Source: Podarcis cretensis
Lineage: Eukaryota
Direction: 5' to 3'
DNA length: 64,000 nt
NCBI GenBank assembly: GCA_951804945.1
Contig: OX638149.1
Location: forward strand, 32,116,001-32,180,000
Shown here: positions 50,140 through 63,377 of the stretch, piece after piece
Layout: each line of letters starts with the position of its first letter
Numbering within the stretch: position 1 is the first letter of the stretch
The notes under the pieces: model-generated
Told to the model about the DNA's origin: nothing
Databases searched by the model: none
The model's input: the letters and a program-made list of their open reading frames with translations, nothing else
Made by a program: the position numbers and the translations under genes

Positions 50140-50620
50140 TGCTACTTATTCCACGCCGCTTTTGCAGGGCTGACTTATCGGCCCTTCATTAGGAGCGCCC
50201 CAGGGACGTCCAACACAGACTTTGTGCGGCAAACACAAAGGATCCTACCAGCGGGGCTGGCGAATGAGAGTTTCGAAAAGACTACAATACCCAGGGTGCA
50301 TTGCAACGTGTTTCTGCACGCTGGGAATCGGTGTCCGGATGCTTTCGCCGGTGGCTGTTGAGCAGCAGCAACAACAACAACGACGACAGGCCTCCCTCCT
50401 CAGCGCTGCCGCCGTCGAGTTTTCAGGTGGTGTCTGACAGTGAATTTCACCAGCTGAGGCGGCGGGAGATGCAAGTCGATTTGGCTGCCACGGATGTGGA
50501 TTGGTGCCTTGTCCGGTTGCGGGAGGCGGAGCGAGGAAGAGAAGCGGGTCTGTTGCGAGCACGCCTGGGATGCAAGGAGGGAGGAGACAGTCCAGCCAGT
50601 GCTTTACCCGGGGCAGACCA
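50140..50620. promoter_or_regulatory. CpG-rich promoter / non-coding first exon region of MLH3
   Basis: Local CpG enrichment about 1.3 kb upstream of the MLH3 exon 2 acceptor (51913); exon 1 boundaries not resolved. Confidence 0.7.
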
Positions 50621-51975
50621 ACCGCTTTCTACTTTGTCTTTATAAAGTCTCGAGCACCTGCTTTTCTCTCCAGCTTTGGTCACCCCAAAGTCTTGCTTTA
50701 GTTGAGGAAAGAGGCGGGTATATATCCTCCCCCCTTTCCCCTCATCAGCTGGAATCGCTTCATAAGGGGTTTTAATTGTATTTTAAAAGTGCGTTTGCTT
50801 TATTCAAATCTTTCTAGGTACTCATTTACTGTATTTTATTTCTCAAACCCTGGTTGGCACAATAGCAGTCCCATGAAATGGGATAGACTGAGAGTGGCTG
50901 ACTGGCCCAAGATCTTCTAAGTGAGTGTCAAAACTGAGGATAGTTTTGAACTTGTGCTTCAGCCAGTATTTTAACAATGACTCTATATCTGCTCTGCAAA
51001 TACTGGTCCAAGCAATGGGAATTGGCATTGCAGTAACCAAGAAGCAAAGGAAGCGGTGGCTAGCTGGTGCTTCCTTTTTCATTTTTTAACTTTATGTATC
51101 CTCTCAAAGCCAGCACCACACTAGCTTCTTTCTGTGTGTAACTAGTCTGAATGGACTGTACAGTTTTTGGGTGCTTCCAGATAAGTGTTTATTGTGGAAT
51201 CAGTTCTCTTTTTTTATTTATTTTTGCAGCATCCATGTAATGTTATTCGCATGAAAATACCAGAGCATAATTTTTCCCTAGATTTACCCTTTCTGTGGAA
51301 AATCCAGTAGGTTAAAAATGTTGCTAATGCCCCATTTACAATATTAAGCCCCCATCTAGAACATTTGTAATAAGCACAATATTTGTGTATCTTCACTTAT
51401 TACCATCTGTGTGCCAGCTAAATTATGGCACTCTGCATTAGTGTCCAGCAGTTATGCTCAATTTCACTCATATTAAGTTGACACAATCCTGTGTGTATAT
51501 GTGTGTTGTTTTCAACTTGTGAAACCACATGTTGAATTCACCAAAAATCAGTTATTTGTCATAATTTAGCTTTGGCATTGATGGCTTTGGATTTTGTGTA
51601 TATGTGCATGTTCATATGGTTTGGACAGAACATAAAGAAGTGTTGAATCAACTTAGAAACAAATGGAGCTATTCTGCAATTGCTGAACTTTTCCAAAAAG
51701 AGAACTGAATTTTGTTGACAAATGCTGCAAACTGGGACTAAGCACCATTTGACTCTATGAGGCTTACTTATGAGTAGGCAAATATAGGGTTGTGCTGTAA
51801 GGCAACAAGAATGACCATGGAAACAAACTAGGGAAATGTTAAGGAATTTATGAGGCATCTGGCTAAATATATCTATTAAGCTTTTGGTTGTTTTCACTCT
51901 GTTTTCTTATAGGGGATTCAGAGAAAGCGGCAGTACATACCAGTCTCCTGAGGTTTTCATCCTTCCACTTTTGTG

Positions 51976-54900
51976 ATGATCAAATGCTTGGCTGAAGAAG
52001 TGCAAACCAGTTTGCGGTCTGGAGTGGCCATCAACTCACTAGGCCAGTGTGTTGAGGAGCTTGTCCTTAACAGCATAGATGCTAAAGCAACATGTGTGGC
52101 TGTCCGATTGGATATGGAAACTTTTAAAGTCCAGGTGGTGGATAATGGCAGTGGGATGGGAAGAGATGACCTCAACAAAGTGGGAAATAGGTATTTTACC
52201 AGTAAATGCTACTCAGTGGAAGACCTAGAAAATCTAAAGTTTTATGGCTTCCGTGGAGAAGCTTTGGCAAGCATAGCAAACATGGCCAGTATATTGGAAA
52301 TATCATCCAAGACAAATAAGGTAGCAAAAACCTTCCTGAAACTTTTTCACAATGGAAAAGGACTGGAAGTCTCTGAAACAGAATTGAATAGACCAAGTGC
52401 TGGAACAACAGTGACTGCATACAATTTATTCCACCAATTACCTGTGAGAAGAAAGTGCATGGATTCCAGATTGGAATTTGAGAGAGTGAGGCATAAAGTA
52501 GAGGCTCTTTCACTTATTCATCCCTCCATCTCATTTTCTTTAAGGAATGATGCTTCCTGTTCAATGGTGCTTCAGTTACCAAAGACAAAAGATACACGAT
52601 CTCGGTTTTCTCAGATTTATGATCTAGGTAGATCCCAGAAATTACGAGAAATAAATTATAAATCTGCAGTATTCGAGATAAGTGGTTTTATCAGTTCTGA
52701 AGGGCATTACAATAAGAATATTCAGTTTCTATATGTGAATAATAGATTGGTATTAAAAACAAGATTGCATAAACTTATTGACTTTTTATTAAGAAAACAA
52801 AGCATTATATGTAAGACAAAAAGTGGGTCTTCGACTTCAAGTCCTGCTCGTCAGCGCTCTGGCCCAGAGCTCTATGGAGTCTTTATTATCAATGTGAAAT
52901 GTCCATATGATGCGTATGATGTGTGTTTGGAACCTGCAAAAACTCTAATAGAGTTTCACAACTGGAATGCTCTCCTAGATTGCATTGAGGAAGGAGTAAA
53001 ATATTTTTTAAAGCGAGAACATTTATTTATTGAGCTGTGTGGTGAAGACGTTAAGGAATTTAATGAAAACAATGGCTTTTGTTTAGTTAAAACTGTAGAT
53101 TTACATCCATCTCTCCTTGAGGAGAAGGACTTGCAGGAGAGTTTCAAGAGAGCTTCTGATAATATTGTGGATTCTTATGAAATGTTTAATCTGCAGTCAA
53201 AGTCTGTCAAAAGGAAATTAATTCATGAAAATAAGACATCAGACCACACAGCACCAACTAACAATTTGGAGGGAATAGATGCTGGCTCAGATTTGACTAG
53301 CACTGGACCTGTTCATGATCTGAGTAGCAGTAATGTGAAGAATTTTCTGCCTGACAAAAATGGCACAATTCCCAGCTTGCCAAAGTTGGGTAACCTACAC
53401 CAAGAATCAAACATTTCTGATAATCTCCCTGTTGAGCCAATTAATTCCAAGTGTCCAGAAGAAATCGGCGAACAGGACAGGACAGTTGCTTTAGAAATAG
53501 AAAAGTATGCTTCTACTTCACTTTGTACTGAGAAACATGATAACTGTGCAAATAGGCAACAAGACAGAGCCCTTCACGAAAGTAACCCCAACACTGTCAC
53601 TCTGAGACATATTGAAGCTATGGAAGATGTTAATGAGTTTGAAGGTGAATCTCTTCTTGGACACGGATTGATAGGAAAATATAAGCCAGTGACAGGTAGG
53701 GAACCGTCTGCAGGATCAAATGTCAATGGAGAAGTGGTAATGGGAAGGAAAAAAATTAAGTTGTGTTCCACAGGCCTTATAACACATCTGATGCAAAATC
53801 TGCCACCTCACAAAACAACAGAAATTAACAGTTCATTAGACAGACAGACACAACTGGGTCCAATAAGTGCCAAGGATATATTTAGAAAAAAGCTAGAGTT
53901 TTCAGAGAAAACTCCAAGTGCTGAAGAAAACTTGAGGACCAGTGCTGCCATTGGAAACAAATGTATGAGGAAGAAGAACATGTCAGGTCAAAAGAATGAG
54001 GTAGTTTCTTTTCCTCCACATGGTAGTGTTGACTTTGTAACATCACATGGCAAAGAATTTATTTATAAGGCACCTTCAGGTCCTGTTCATCATCTAGACA
54101 GTGCAACTCGGACTAGGGAAATGGTTGATCCTTCAGTTAGGCCTAGATCCTGTGGCTTTACAAAACTAAGCTTGCATCCAAAGCTGGGGTCGTTAGATAG
54201 ATTCAGAAGACATTATGGGAACGTAAAGAGTACGCCAACAATTGATGCGGAAAAGAGTGAGGTTAAAAGGCCAGCCTGTGGCAGGTATCCCACTAATGAG
54301 AATACAAATTTTCAGAACTCTATTACTTGTGAAATTCCAACTAAGGAACATTTTGTGTCTAATAACAGTGGTCATGATTGCCTTTTTTCTTTAGAAAGAT
54401 CTCAGCACTCCATAAAAGAAAGTCTATTACATGGAGAAGCTCTTCATATAAGGGAGAGTCCTCTGACACTGACAGAATACTCTCAGATAAAAAATAAACC
54501 TCTTTCTGACACTAACTTCACAGGAACACTTGCCTCTAAAGTATCTAGAATGAAGGACTGCCTTATAGAAACTTTAACTACAGAACCTCTAGGGCATACT
54601 TCAGAACAATCCCAAGCACATTCAAGCCAAAAAGATGAAGTCAGACATGACCACCTATCTCAAAATAATCTTTTGCAGAGTGCTTGCCAAATACCTCAAA
54701 TTTCCCCAAGAAAAACAGGAGCAGAGAGTTTTCTCTCTGCTTCAGCCTCTGATGAGCAGGATGATCCTGTAGGAATCTCTAGCGCAAGACCTGGGAACGC
54801 GGAAGATACTGTTAGCCAATGTTTCATTGACACTGATGGGGAATATGCAGTTTCCCCAAACAGAAGTTTAGCTTTGTCCAATAAAGAGGCTGATTCTGAA

Positions 54901-55207
54901 GGCTCCTGTGAAAATACAGGCATTGTGGATGGATTTATAAAGCAAGCTGGGAAAGCCTCTGAACTGCAAAATGTGAACTTGACTGGCAATATGGAGGATG
55001 CTGCAGATGACTCAAGTGCAGCTGAGAAGGAAGAGCCACAGTTGCATCATTCTGAATGGTTTCAGCAGTTTGATGCTTCATTGGGTAGGATGGTATACAT
55101 CAACAAACTGAGTGGACTGAGCACCTATACTGCTCCCAGCGAGGAACCTCAGGCTATATGTACTAAAGATATAAGCACAGTGGCTGTAAACGTTGTCATG
55201 GAGAGTG
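51976..55207 (+). CDS. MLH3: MLH3 exon 2 (MutL GHKL ATPase domain, transducer and long linker)
   Basis: MIKCL...EELVLNSIDA, VVDNGSGM, TSK, YGFRGEALASI, GTTV; donor G|gtaagt. Confidence 0.97.
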
Positions 55208-55856
55208 GTAAGTTCACAGTGTTTTTTCAGGTTTGCTTATTGTCAGGGATTATTTAGTTGTGATTCCTGCATTACAGGAGGTTGGGCGAGATGACCCCCT
55301 TCAGTTCTGTGATTCTATAAGCACAAAACCATGTAACCACCTGTAGCAGGATAGGCAGTAGGGGGAGAGGGAGGAAGAAAGTCCAGGTGTTTGAAAAAAA
55401 TATTTATTTCAGTCTCAACACCTTTTGGAACAGACCTTCAAGGGAGAGGGAATACATTCTCTGAACAAGAATTGTCACCAGTGTTTTTATGCACTTGATG
55501 AGAACTGTTCAAAACATGCCCCTGAAACATGTTGGGCCTGGAATGAATTTTCCTTCAAGCAATTGGGAGTTTCTTCCCCACCCCCACCCCCCACTCCCTG
55601 CTGAAAACCACTGTTCTTTTATTTCTGAACAGTTTATATGCAGGTCTCCTTGCTGATGTGTCTTTCGTAATTCATCAAATGTTGACTAAATCTTATTTCT
55701 CCATCATTACAGTGTTGCACTGATGTGATTCTTTAATGTTTTGTATTATGCTAATCACCTATTGATCCTTTTACAATAAAAACAGCAAGTGGACATTTTT
55801 GTAGACTAGCACTTGTAAGCACATCTATAGAAGTAATTCTTTTGTTGGGTATTTAG

Positions 55857-55955
55857 GGTTTCAGTGCAGATGCCACCCATTTAGAAGTGAGCTTATTGTG
55901 CCCTTCCTTCCAAGACCTCAGCAAGAGAGGAGTTTAGCAAGCCAAGATTTCAGAG
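55857..55955 (+). CDS. MLH3: MLH3 exon 3
   Basis: GFQCRCHPFRSELIVPFLPRPQQERSLASQDFR. Confidence 0.94.
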
Positions 55956-56645
55956 GTAGGCCAGGACATAGAGTACTATGTTAAATAATAACAAACCAAA
56001 GAATTCTGCCAGCTGTCCCAACAGGAACTTGGAGTGATTCAAGGTCTGTTAACAATGGGACTTGTATGAATCACTTGACGTGTGGAATTGGAAATAACTT
56101 TTTTAAGGGTCAAAGTCAATTAAAATATGGATAGCATGCAGTGCCTACTTCTATGTAAACAACAGTGATTTGAAGAGGAAAATTAATCCCTTTCTTCTGA
56201 TTGTCCTAGTTCTCGTCTGGAAATGACACCATATTTAATTTTTGAGATCTTTATGAATCAAGGAAAGGTGAATCATTGTTCTGGTATGTGTTTTCTCTAG
56301 TAGGAATGAGCAACTTACTTCAAGCCCTCTTTAACATTTCAAGGCAGGGCAGATTGTTGTACTAAAACACACACTGGAGGAAGATCCTGACCTTTTAACA
56401 ATCTCACCTAAAGGTGACAGAGCTACTTAAGCAGCGGTTTGGGGATACAAACTTTGCTTTGTACCCTTCTATATAAATAGTGCAGTGAAGTGGTTTTCTA
56501 ATCTTGTGCAGATGTGATAAAATAAAATCTCAAATGTCATAATGGGCAGTGTGCTTTTTCTACTTAGATATTATCTTAACTTGTAGATGAAAAAAATATG
56601 AACCAACCCCCATAGTTTCAATACTTTGCATATATTCTCTTCTAG

Positions 56646-56716
56646 ATACGCAAGGAGAATCTCTCCAGTCCTTGTTTTCTGAATGGGACAATCCTGTGTT
56701 TGCTCACTTTCCAGAG
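56646..56716 (+). CDS. MLH3: MLH3 exon 4
   Basis: DTQGESLQSLFSEWDNPVFAHFPE. Confidence 0.94.
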
Positions 56717-57868
56717 GTGGGTGGAATTGCGTCACCATTAATTATTGGGATTTGCTTCTGTTTTATGTTGACTTGTGATTTTTGGACTGAGATAATAATT
56801 GTTATATAGATTTATGGAACTGTCCAAAAACTTACCACTCACGCCTCTTATGCTTATTGAGTCTACAAGTCCTTCATGCAATTTGGAAATTGGTGGTATT
56901 TTTGTTCAAACTTTTCCAAAAGCTTATCCTGTTTCATTTGGAAGCCAAATTGCTTTTATAGGCCCTGCTTAGATTACCAAAACAACAATCTTGACTTGAG
57001 GATAAAGCACTGTGCCCTAGTTATAAGCTAAATGGTTTATAGCACAGTTTTCAGTTATCTCTGGCAATGTAAATAGTGCAATGTGATTATTCTTGTAGGA
57101 CTAACTGGATTCTATAATGTGATAGGGAAGCTATAGTATTATCCATTGCACTTACTGCTCATTTAAATTAAGTTTCTTTACTCATGAGGGATATGGCTAT
57201 CTTTAGAATAAAGGTATTTATTTGAAACTGAGTCCAACTGAGCTTCAAGGAAACTTCTTTCAAGTAAATATATAGAAGTAGTTGGTCAGTGATGGAAAGT
57301 ATACACTATGCCCATTAGGTTATATTCATATTTTAACTTGGCAGTAGTCAAGTCAAAGTAGCAAACCTTCTGCTGTTGCCTTTTAAAAAATAACATCAGC
57401 TTCAAGCTTCAGTCCAGTAAGGGATAGCTTCCATCATTATCGTTATCATCTCAAACTGCTGTAGACATTAAGCATCTGTGTAAGGTGACAACAATAGTGG
57501 GTGATAGTTTTACTAGCTCATTGCATCCACTCCAAATACAACAAAATGCAGATACTAGAGTAGGTGACCACATCGCTTCTCAAATATCAGTGGGACCAAT
57601 TTAAATGTTTTGGGTAAGATTGCTGCAAAAAACCCACTTATCTTGATCAGAAGGACTGCACACTGTTGATGTTACAACTTTATTTAGCGTCCCACAGAGG
57701 TTTGCAAGATGGTGTGGGAAACACCCATGTCAATACTATTTAAATGGGACTTTGAGTTCTGTTATGAAGAGCATTGTTTAAAAACAATTGTTCATATGAT
57801 TTTGAGTTCTGATATTTGTTGTTCCAGCGGACATCCTAATAAGTTAATTTTGATTATATGTTTTATAG

Positions 57869-57973
57869 GTTGCTCTTAATGTGAGCAGTGGGCAAGCTGA
57901 TAATCTTGCTGTGAAAATCCATAATATCCTGTACCCATATAGGTTCACCAAGAATATGATTGATTCAGTGCAG
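57869..57973 (+). CDS. MLH3: MLH3 exon 5
   Basis: [35 protein letters not shown]. Confidence 0.95.
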
Positions 57974-58121
57974 GTAAATATGCTAACAATTTGCACAAAA
58001 CATTTCTTTTGAGTTGGAAAGATACAGACAGTGCAGTAGTTAATAGCTGTTGTTAGCAAAGAATGTTTTACTGGTGTATGTCAACAAATTGTTGAACTAG
58101 TGAAATATTTTTGTTGAATTA

Positions 58122-58467
58122 AAAAGGGACCCCTGACCATTAGGTCCAGTCATGGCCAACTCTGGGGTTGCGGCGCTCATCTTGCTTTATTGGCCGAGGG
58201 AGCCGGCGTACAGCTTCCGGGTCATGTGGCCAGCATGACTAAGCCGCTTCTGGTGAACCAGAGCAGCGCATGGAAACACCGTTTACCTTCCCGCCAGAGC
58301 AGTACCTATTTATCTACTTGCACTTTGATGTGCTTTTGAACTGCTAGGTTGGCAGGAGCTGGGACCGAGCAACAGGAGCTCATCCCGTCGCGGGGATTCG
58401 AAGCGCCGACCTTCTGATCGGCAAGTCCTAGGCTCTGTGGTTTAACCCACAGCGCCACTTGCGTCCC
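58122..58467 (-). mobile_element. Sauria SINE, essentially full length
   Basis: Minus strand begins GGGACGCAAGTGGCGCTGTGGGTTAAACC; B box TTCGAATCCC; BovB-like tail; 15-bp TSD atttttgttgaatta/atctttgttgaatta (58107-58121 and 58468-58482). Confidence 0.92.
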
Positions 58468-58544
58468 ATCTTTGTTGAATTATTATAGAGTTATTATAGA
58501 TTTATTTGCAAGTTTTAATGAATAGTCAACTGAATGTGTTACAG

Positions 58545-58617
58545 GTTCTTAATCAAGTGGACAATAAATTTATTGCTTGTTTAATAAATACTACGGCTGA
58601 TGAGAATGAAGACACAG
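58545..58617 (+). CDS. MLH3: MLH3 exon 6
   Basis: VLNQVDNKFIACLINTTADENEDT. Confidence 0.95.
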
Positions 58618-59676
58618 GTAAGAATGCTACTTCCTCTGAGTAATGGGGTTTTGCAGCTTTTGTAGAACTTGGCTTTACCCGGGACAATGACATAACTCTT
58701 TTCATATTGAGCCAGTAATGGCATTTCTAGGCTGGCATCCTGGGCCATGTTGCTTTTGAGAAGACTTTAATCTCTACTCCTCAGTTGAAGAGCAGAAATT
58801 AAATGCTGTTCCCTTGGCTGCACGATCCTGTTCCGTGCTGGGAATGGGGCACACAGGCAGTGCAAGACTAAACTCCATCATCCAGCCTCTCAGTTGATGT
58901 CACCAATGTTGTCAGCTGATGGCCCAATGGGGGTGACCTGGGGAAGATGGTCTTGTGGGCCAAATTGGATCCCCCTTGTGGGGCAGGATTGGTCTGCATG
59001 CTGGAGGTTCCCAACCCCTGGTCAATAGGACAAATCTACAAAATATCTTAATGATATGATGTAGATTCAAATAATGATTGCTAATTCATAAATTAGTGTG
59101 TAGAATAGACTTTTATTGAATTCATCTGTAGAACATATCAAAAGAGAACCTATTTAACCTTGCATTGAGAGTAGACTATACAATATTAACACCTTAAAAC
59201 CTCTTAAGATCGCTCTTTGACTGGGGAAGTAATGTGTAAAAATACTGCAATTTTCTTTTTTCTAGTGCTTCAAAGTAATATAACAGGTTTTCCATTAATG
59301 CCCAATCTAAACATTTTTTAGCTATTCTTTTACTTACAGTATTCTTTGTTATCTCCAATCTTTTGCACACAATATTATTGCCACAGCTTGTATGTAAGAA
59401 GTTACTTCCTTGGTGGGGGGTTTTCCCCATACCAAGCCTTTGACATAATTTAGTTTTTCAAAAATGGGATTTAAAAGAATCTCTTAAACGATAACAGAAA
59501 CTATTATGCATTTTATCTGCTTCCCTGATACTTTTTTGCTGCATGACATACAGTATAAGATAATATCTCCTCTTTCTTTTTTTAAAAAAATTCCAGCATA
59601 TGCTCAGAAAATTTGTATTTATTCTATTGGATGAGATGAGGTCAAAAGAAAATAGTAGCACAAGTTTATATGCTGA

Positions 59677-59790
<114 letters not shown>

Positions 59791-59942
59791 TAAAAAAAAG
59801 AGCAGCTTTCTTCCTTTTCTGATGCAAATCTGTATTAGATTTGTTGTGACATATGTCAGTTAATTGTAGAGAATGAAAATATAGGATCAGTTTCATTGTG
59901 AGAACTAGCATCCCCAACGTTGGCTTCTTTTGATTTTTCTTT

Positions 59943-60029
59943 GTTGTTGTTGTTGTTGTTGTTTAGTCGTTTAGTCGTGTCCGACTCTTCGTGACCCCAT
60001 GGACCAGAGAACGCCAGGCACTCCTGTCC
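59943..60029 (-). mobile_element. 5'-truncated BovB/RTE LINE 3' end with (CAA)n tail
   Basis: CCATGGGGTCACGAAGAGTCGGACACGACTAAACGACTAAACAAC on the minus strand; 11-bp TSD GATTTTTCTTT (59932-59942 and 60030-60040). Confidence 0.85.
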
Positions 60030-60642
60030 GATTTTTCTTTACATCCCATTTTTTTAGCTGATTGTGAATAATCTCCTCTGTCCAACAAGGGATGTGTATT
60101 TTTCAAGCCTCAGGAGATTCTGGCCACAACTCAGTAGAACACAGCAGCAGTCCATTGTGCCTATAACAGTTCATTGACCTCCTTGTCAACAAGAGTTATG
60201 AATTTTCTACAGGGAAGAGTCCAAGAGAAACTTTTCTGGTTGTAGCCAGGCAGCGAAAATTGCTCAAGAATGTGAAAAGCCCTTGGGACTGCAAAAAGTG
60301 TTTGCTAAAGGATTTAAATTGAGTCACTATACTTGTAACAGCTTGCTTGGCTATTTTTTGGGTGGGTCATGCGTTAAAGGAAATTATAATTGTTACCTAT
60401 TCGGATGGCCATGGTTGATACTGGCTGGGAATCCTCATGTCTCATGAACAAGCTTGTGGTTGAAAATAGAGAATATTCAGTTCTTAATATTATAGGTCTC
60501 CCGTCCACTGCTGAAGAAAATACTGTACTATGTTACTTCAAACTGCATGCATGTTGCATTCTAAAACATAGGGCTGTAGGATGAGGCAGTAAGGTACATT
60601 TCTTATATATAATATAGATAACAGTGCATTTGTTGTTATCAG

Positions 60643-60751
60643 ATTCCTATGAGAAGCAACCAGAAAAATTGGGCAAGAAGAAATTGCTGGCCTCCACTGT
60701 TTGCCCCCCATTGGAGATTGAGATAACAGAGGAGCAGAGGAGACTTTTATG
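60643..60751 (+). CDS. MLH3: MLH3 exon 8
   Basis: [36 protein letters not shown](W). Confidence 0.94.
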
Positions 60752-60784
60752 GTTGGTATTAGCCAGACTGTGAATTGGCTGTGC

Positions 60785-60985
60785 TTTTTATTTCTCTTTT
60801 AAAATACACACAACTTTTTCTGGTTTAAGTCCATCCAAAGCAGCTTACAACAATAAAAACTACAAGTTATCAAAAATCAATTATTTCTAAAACCAAGAAT
60901 AACTCAGATTCACAAGGATAAGACAGACCAGCACCTTAAATTAGGCCTGGACACACACACCGGCAGCCAATGTAGCTGGTATCGC
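60785..60985 (-). mobile_element. L2-type LINE fragment
   Basis: QLHWLPVC on the minus strand, followed by a LINE tail. Confidence 0.5.
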
Positions 60986-61824
60986 ACAGCTGATATTGAA
61001 ACTGAATGAGTATCTCCTTCTCTGAGTTGTTCCTCTTCTGTGGTAGACGAATTATGAAGTTCCAAGTTACATTGGTTGGAAGTGAAAAAGATTTGTTTGC
61101 TCAATCTCCAAGGACTGAAGAGCAGTCTTGTTCAAGTATTTAAATCTCCCAGTTGGAGATCAATTGGGTATTAGATTAAACTTTATTAGGGTACAGGCCC
61201 CCCAACACTTCTGAAAAAGTGGCTTCTTTTGCCTTTAAAGCGACAATTTTAAGGAGAAAAGTTTGTGGGGTTGATAAGCTAAATTCTTCAATGGAGAAAA
61301 CTCTTATCTGACAGAAAGTTTGGTTTTAATACTTATTTTAACTGTGTAATATATTCTGTTCTGCTTTTATTCTGTTTTACATTTTTAATCTTTTGCAATG
61401 TCTTCAGCTACACAAATAAATAATATTCAAACTTTAAAGAGACCATACTATATCCACTGACCTGGAAATAAGCAACTTACTTCTGAATAAACATTTATTT
61501 GGTTGTGGTGTAAGAGGGTATGTTTTGACCATAAATCATAATAAAATTTACAATCTAAAAAGATAGGTTCAAATACAAGTTCATTTGCTGTTTAATCATA
61601 AACTTTTTTTCCTGAACTGAACAATGAGTAGTGCTCTATAACAGAAACTCTGCTCCTCCAGAGAATGATTTCTCACTTTTCTTTTCTTTTTGTAAAGAAA
61701 GTATATCAGCAAATTATTGTGCTGATCCTTGATTATACTGTGTTTCTTTTGTGCACTGGGTGGAAAGGAATATCCAGTGCTGATCTTCCAGTTCAGAATC
61801 TTGTGCTTCCTTTTTTATTTCTAG

Positions 61825-61984
61825 GTGCTGCCAAAAAAGTCTGGAGGACTTAGGCCTTGAAGTATCCTTTCCAGAGAACAATCGTTCTCAGATTCTTATT
61901 GGGAAAGTGCCACTGTGTTTTGTGGAGAAAGAGGCCAATGAATTGCGCCGTGGCAGGCAGACAGTGACGAAGAGCATTGTGCAG
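61825..61984 (+). CDS. MLH3: MLH3 exon 9
   Basis: [16 protein letters not shown]...[29 protein letters not shown]. Confidence 0.95.
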
Positions 61985-62346
61985 GTGATATGTGGATGTG
62001 AATAATTTACTATGTCTGCTCTATAATAACGATCGGCAGCAAGTTGCTTGGAAGTCCTGTCTGCATTGCAATTACTCTTGTTCCCTGCCCTGCATAACTA
62101 GGAGTCTGTACGAAGTCCTGAAAACAGAAAGATACCATGAAGTGTGGGAGAACTCTTATGTGGCACCCTGCACCAATAACAGACAGCGTGGTGGGATGGA
62201 CCTCCTGACAGTGGAGTCACTGCTGCTTGCCAGCTGGAGAGGTTGGTGTGGTGCAAATGCACCGCTTGGTGTGGCAGATTGGCTCCGCACTGCACCAACC
62301 TTTGTGCCACCTTGCCCCTCTCCCTCACCTTCTGGGCAAACAGCTG

Positions 62347-62815
62347 TGTGGCGATCACACAGGGTCACCGGACGTTTGACAGTCTATTTACCCTGTGCCA
62401 CCACTGTAATTGCTTTCTTCGCTGCCACCAACCCGGTTCTCTCACACAGAGTCCAGTCAGTTGTTAACATTAACAAATAATCAAGTTTATTTATAGGCAT
62501 GAACAAGCTTATGGTTTCAGTTAATTTTTCTTGTCAGTTTCTTAATCTTATTTCCTTAACTGTCCTATTCGTTCCTAACAACTTCAAACTGGTTATCCCA
62601 ACTAACTATCTGACTCCACCCAACAATTCCTCTCACTCTCTCACCACACAACTCGACCAACCCACATATTCCTCCCTCTTCCTTCTCCAACTCCCAACTC
62701 TCAGCTCACTTTTCAACCACTCTAACTCTAACTCCTCCTATCAGTTTCCACTGGCCAATCACTTCACACTCATTTAACCCTTTCCTTATGACCCACCTAG
62801 GAGGGAAACGCCACA
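62347..62815 (-). mobile_element. Solo LTR (469 bp)
   Basis: TGTGGCG...CGCCACA termini; perfect 5-bp TSD AGCTG (62342-62346 and 62816-62820); minus-strand AATAAA at 62486-62491. Confidence 0.85.
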
Positions 62816-63331
62816 AGCTGCAACTCAGCTGTGGGGGGCCAGGTGAGCAGCACTACCATGCCACCCACTACAGCTTCATATTTTTTTCATGTGTCATCAT
62901 TGTTTATTTGTATGCTGTTTTTTCATCATAGATAATGCTCAAAGCAGCTTACAACTTCAAAAAGTTTACATAATTCACGAGCATTTACAAGGCAGAACAA
63001 CATGTAAATAGTTATATAAACAAGAGGCTAATGAAAACATCTCTTATTAATAAATATACAATAAGATGAAACAATCCACTGACAATTTTTTAATTTTTTT
63101 TTGAGAGTAATCATATAAAAAAGTTTACTACTTGGTCAAAGGGCACCAAATTTTATACACAAAAAGAAAGACTTTTTCCTAACTTCATCCACCTCATTGA
63201 ATGGGAGAAAGAAATGCAAGAAACAACAAAAATTAAAAATGATGGGTGAAAAGGCATGTTGGATAGGAAATATCGTCCTATCTCTTACCCACCTAGCACC
63301 TTTTAATATGCCATCTAGCATCTTGTAATGA

Positions 63332-63338
<7 letters not shown>

Positions 63339-63377
<39 letters not shown>

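Noticed and set aside
50361-50389. CAG/CAA/CGA repeat (poly-Gln-like) near the MLH3 promoter
   Set aside because: Short, interrupted and upstream of the start codon; no link to the role of MLH3 in repeat expansion can be supported.
51973-55257. ORF-track MLH3 boundaries (GTG start, tail KFTVFFQVCLLSGII)
   Set aside because: The start is the ATG at 51976 (MIKCL), and the tail is read-through past the donor at 55208.
62159-62815. Longer LTR starting at TGTGGC 62159
   Set aside because: No TSD at that boundary, whereas 62347 gives a perfect AGCTG duplication.
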